A stretch of 64,000 nucleotides of DNA, from NCBI GenBank assembly GCA_003344405.1, contig NOWV01000013.1:434001-498000 (forward strand), read 5' to 3'. The number at the start of each line of letters is the position of its first letter. The first letter of the stretch is position 1. The notes under the pieces were generated by a model. That model saw only the letters and a program-made list of their open reading frames with translations. It searched no databases and had not been told where the DNA came from. Of the stretch, positions 60,574 through 64,000 are shown piece after piece. The translations under genes and the position numbers were made by a program. This DNA is from Trichoplax sp. H2. Taxonomy: Eukaryota.

Positions 60574-63500
60574 GCGCAGGGGTATTTATACTACTGTTCG
60601 ATGACTTTGATTATGGGTTCATTTCAATAGGTCAGTATAAGATTCTTATAGTACTTTTTACCTCAACATTTCTTCATGTAAAACGAATAGCTCTAAGGTA
60701 GTCATTTCTGCAGAGTACTGAAATTTATTAAAATAGTATTCGTTATATCGCTAAGGGTGGCCACTGGGCCTTTCAATTTTGATTTGATGGAATATTCTGA
60801 TGAAAATTGAATAAAAATAGAATCTTTATAGAGTTTTCTACACAGCCATTTTGATGGTTACATTTTCTTCTAACGGTTGCTATCGACAGAGCAAGCTTTG
60901 CTTGCATACTCAAGCGATCCTTAGACAAATTATAATGATTGATATAGAATTGACCGCAGTACTAAGGACATTATACCGCACTGTAGATATCTTACAGTAC
61001 CTGCTAATCTTAACTTGGTATGTCCATCACCGTCCATTAGTTATCATAATGTGCTTTGGACCATTAACTAATCTTAATATAGCATTTCATAGTATTTCAT
61101 CCGTGAATGCATTATTGAAAAGTAGTATTCTACAAGTATAGCTGTGAATATAGTAGTGCCTGGCTATTACCGGCATATATATAATGTCGAATGGTAAAAC
61201 TATCTATTAATTATTAACAAATAAGCACATTATCGTAAACCGTCAGCAAAGCGACGTGAGTTTGTACTAGTCTAACTAAATCGAAATTGTAAAATAATGT
61301 GTCAAGTTTGCACATAATATAAAAGCTTAAAATAACTACATGTATGTTATACTGTAGATGTATCTAGATGATCAAAGCAACAGAAATATTATTTTAATCA
61401 AAAATAAACAGGAAAATTTTAGTAAAAGGTATAAAGTTAATCCTCCTAGAATATCATCGCTATCATCATAATATTTCACTAATGGCTATGTAAGACAGTG
61501 TAATATTGTATTCTAAGTTGATGATATATTTAGTAATATCTACCGTAGGTGTATGTTCAACGTGTGATAGATATTCTCGTTAGAGGCTTAAGTATTAAAT
61601 ATAGCTAGCTTAGTAACTGTAATCCTTTTGAAGAGGAGCGCTACAGTGCTCACACTAGAGCTTCACATGAAAGGTGTAAACTATCCTGTATTTGAAATGC
61701 TAATACTGAAGTGTGTAGTAAGTAAGTAAAGTTGCTAAGACTGTAAACGCGGAAATGTATATAAGTGAGTGGTTTAGTATAGTAAGAGAGTTCTTTCTCA
61801 TTAGAGATCCTCAGCTAATCGATTACGTTGTACCTTCGTAAACGAGGTTTTGTTCAATAAATCTTAATTTTCTAAAAGTTTTAAAGATTCTTGATCTATC
61901 AACCTCACAGGCTAACTACAAAGTTAGATGATTGCTACATTGGACGTATACTTTACGAAATATACTCGTACACAATTTTAAATTGTAGTACAAATCTAAT
62001 ATTATGGCGTATTGATAATATTTAATTAAATTAATCGATTAATCAATCAAAAATTTAATTGCTTTAATTTTAGAATCGTGTCACAAACCAGCTTCATGAC
62101 AAAGATAACGTAAAACAAATCTCTAAATTACTATAGTCTCCGGGATTCAGTTCCTTTAACTACCTCATAAGAATTTAGACGCCTTTGCTTCTACGTTAAA
62201 ACAACTATATAACTCTTCTTTTATTTAACTATCTGCCGAGCTTAAATACCCTTCGGCAGCAGCTATCATGTATGAGTCATAACAGTTCATGAAATTTAGC
62301 TCATATTGGATAGCTAAATTAAGACAGACATTATTCATAATTTTGGACATGTACTGAACGATTTTAGATAATTAGACTACTGTATGTCCACACACAGAAT
62401 TATTTATGGTATCATCTATAATTGAATATCTTCAGGATATTCATCACAAGCGTTACAAGACATAACACTACAATCAATTAATATTAGTTACCTTATGAGA
62501 ACTTTTACTACAATACAGTATAATTTACTGTAAAAAAATAATAACTACCGTAGTTCTTACTGTAAGTCATTATTAGTTATCTCCATATATAAATGTTTAA
62601 CACTAAATTTGGTCATTTACTCTTCATGGTGGTTCGTACCGTGATAAATCGATAGCAAATTATTGTCATTTGTTTTGACAAAATAACTTGATAAAATGAC
62701 TGGCTAATAATTTATATCTGATTAGTCATAACTTGGTTAAAAATTTTTTATAGTATGACATTTCTATGACGGTCTCAGAACATTTCAATAATGATGAGAA
62801 AAAGGCAGAGTACAGTAAGCCTGAAATTAAAATCTTTCACAGAACAAATCACAGCTTTGTAGCACCTTTACTGACCAAAATTGATATTTAAAACTAGTTA
62901 TGAAATCTAGATAATTAATACGTGTAAGACTTTGCTAGACAGATTCATACAGAATGTAGCGGAGGAAGTTTAGTAATGAGTTAATCTTAATCACTAGCCA
63001 TATTTTTATTTTTAAGGGGATACAATATTACAAACTATTCGTATTATTTACTTTTAGAAAAACACAGCTAAAGGGTTTTAGATACTTTTCTATTATTATG
63101 TATGCCTTAATTTTGACATTGGTTGATTTACTATATGATAATAAGTTATTTTAAATCATGTAAAGACGATCATGAATTAAAGTCATAACTTTAGCAGTGA
63201 AAACATCTTGATTTTGGCATTGCCAGACCATAATAAAGTTATAATATTTATTTAAAATAATAAAATGATAACTATTGCTAGAAAAACCTTTAGTGTTGTA
63301 GGTACAATTTAATTTCGATTTAATTTTGATAGATCAATTTTTGCGCTTACGCTTGACTTTAAAATATAACGTATCGTTACAGTAATCATTCCTTAAAACG
63401 TAACTATTCAATATAAAATGCTACAAAACCTGGCATGCTTTTTATCGTAAATAACACTAATTTATAATATAGAATTTAAAAAGCGGCATTTGAATAATTG

Positions 63501-64000
63501 AAATGCACACACATGTGGCACTCGAAAATTTTGTTAATAAAACCAAAAATACCACGAAAAAGGGAATATACAAGCAGTGCTATACATAAATGTCAAGGTA
63601 GTTAAGGTATGAGTTTGAAGAAAAGTGAAACTGAAACTTAAATGATTAATTTTATATCGAAAGTTAAAATTACACGAGATTTTTGCACCCGTACTTCTTA
63701 GGTTACGTTAGAATCATCCTCTTAATACCTCTTGAGCTATCTTACAAATGCAATTTTTACATTTCTAAGAAAAAAGATGCAATAAATGATAATAAATTTT
63801 ATCGATCATAGACCTCGATATGTTTATAAAACTTCATGATAACTAAGCAATGAAAATTTAAAAGCCCTCTATAGGAAATAATAATAACATGTCACGCTAT
63901 CATCAATTTTTATTCCTTGCTCTTGACAAACATAATAATTACGAAATAAAAGTAGCATCTTCACATATTGCCTTCACTTATTAGATCACAATGGATATGA

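Overview
AT-rich (about one third GC, by eye), intron-rich eukaryotic DNA from an early-branching animal. The short introns and the Mdm2 sequence fit a placozoan (Trichoplax) best; this is an inference. I reconstructed six multi-exon genes by hand from splice sites and reading frame: a CREB3/OASIS-family membrane-bound bZIP factor (+), cyclin D (+), cortactin (+), MDM2 (-), calcyphosin-2/CAPS2 (-) and USP47 (-). A probable orphan secreted-protein gene starts near 58.9 kb. There is also a 1.6 kb higher-order tandem array abutting the cortactin 5' end and a 3 x 101 bp repeat. Main leads: (1) a near-perfect zero-spacer p53 response element in what looks like MDM2 intron 1, suggesting a vertebrate-like p53->MDM2 feedback promoter; (2) a 7-nt cortactin microexon followed by an intron with minor-spliceosome (U12) signals; (3) a compact cyclin D-cortactin-MDM2-CAPS2-USP47-CREB3L block whose human homologues lie on chromosomes 11 and 12; (4) cortactin repeats expanded as 55+56-nt exon pairs with homologous introns; (5) CAGTA/TACTG pentamer clusters near most gene 5' ends. 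Positions 1-1200, most of 5100-10000 and most of 60500-64000 show nothing I can support as coding.
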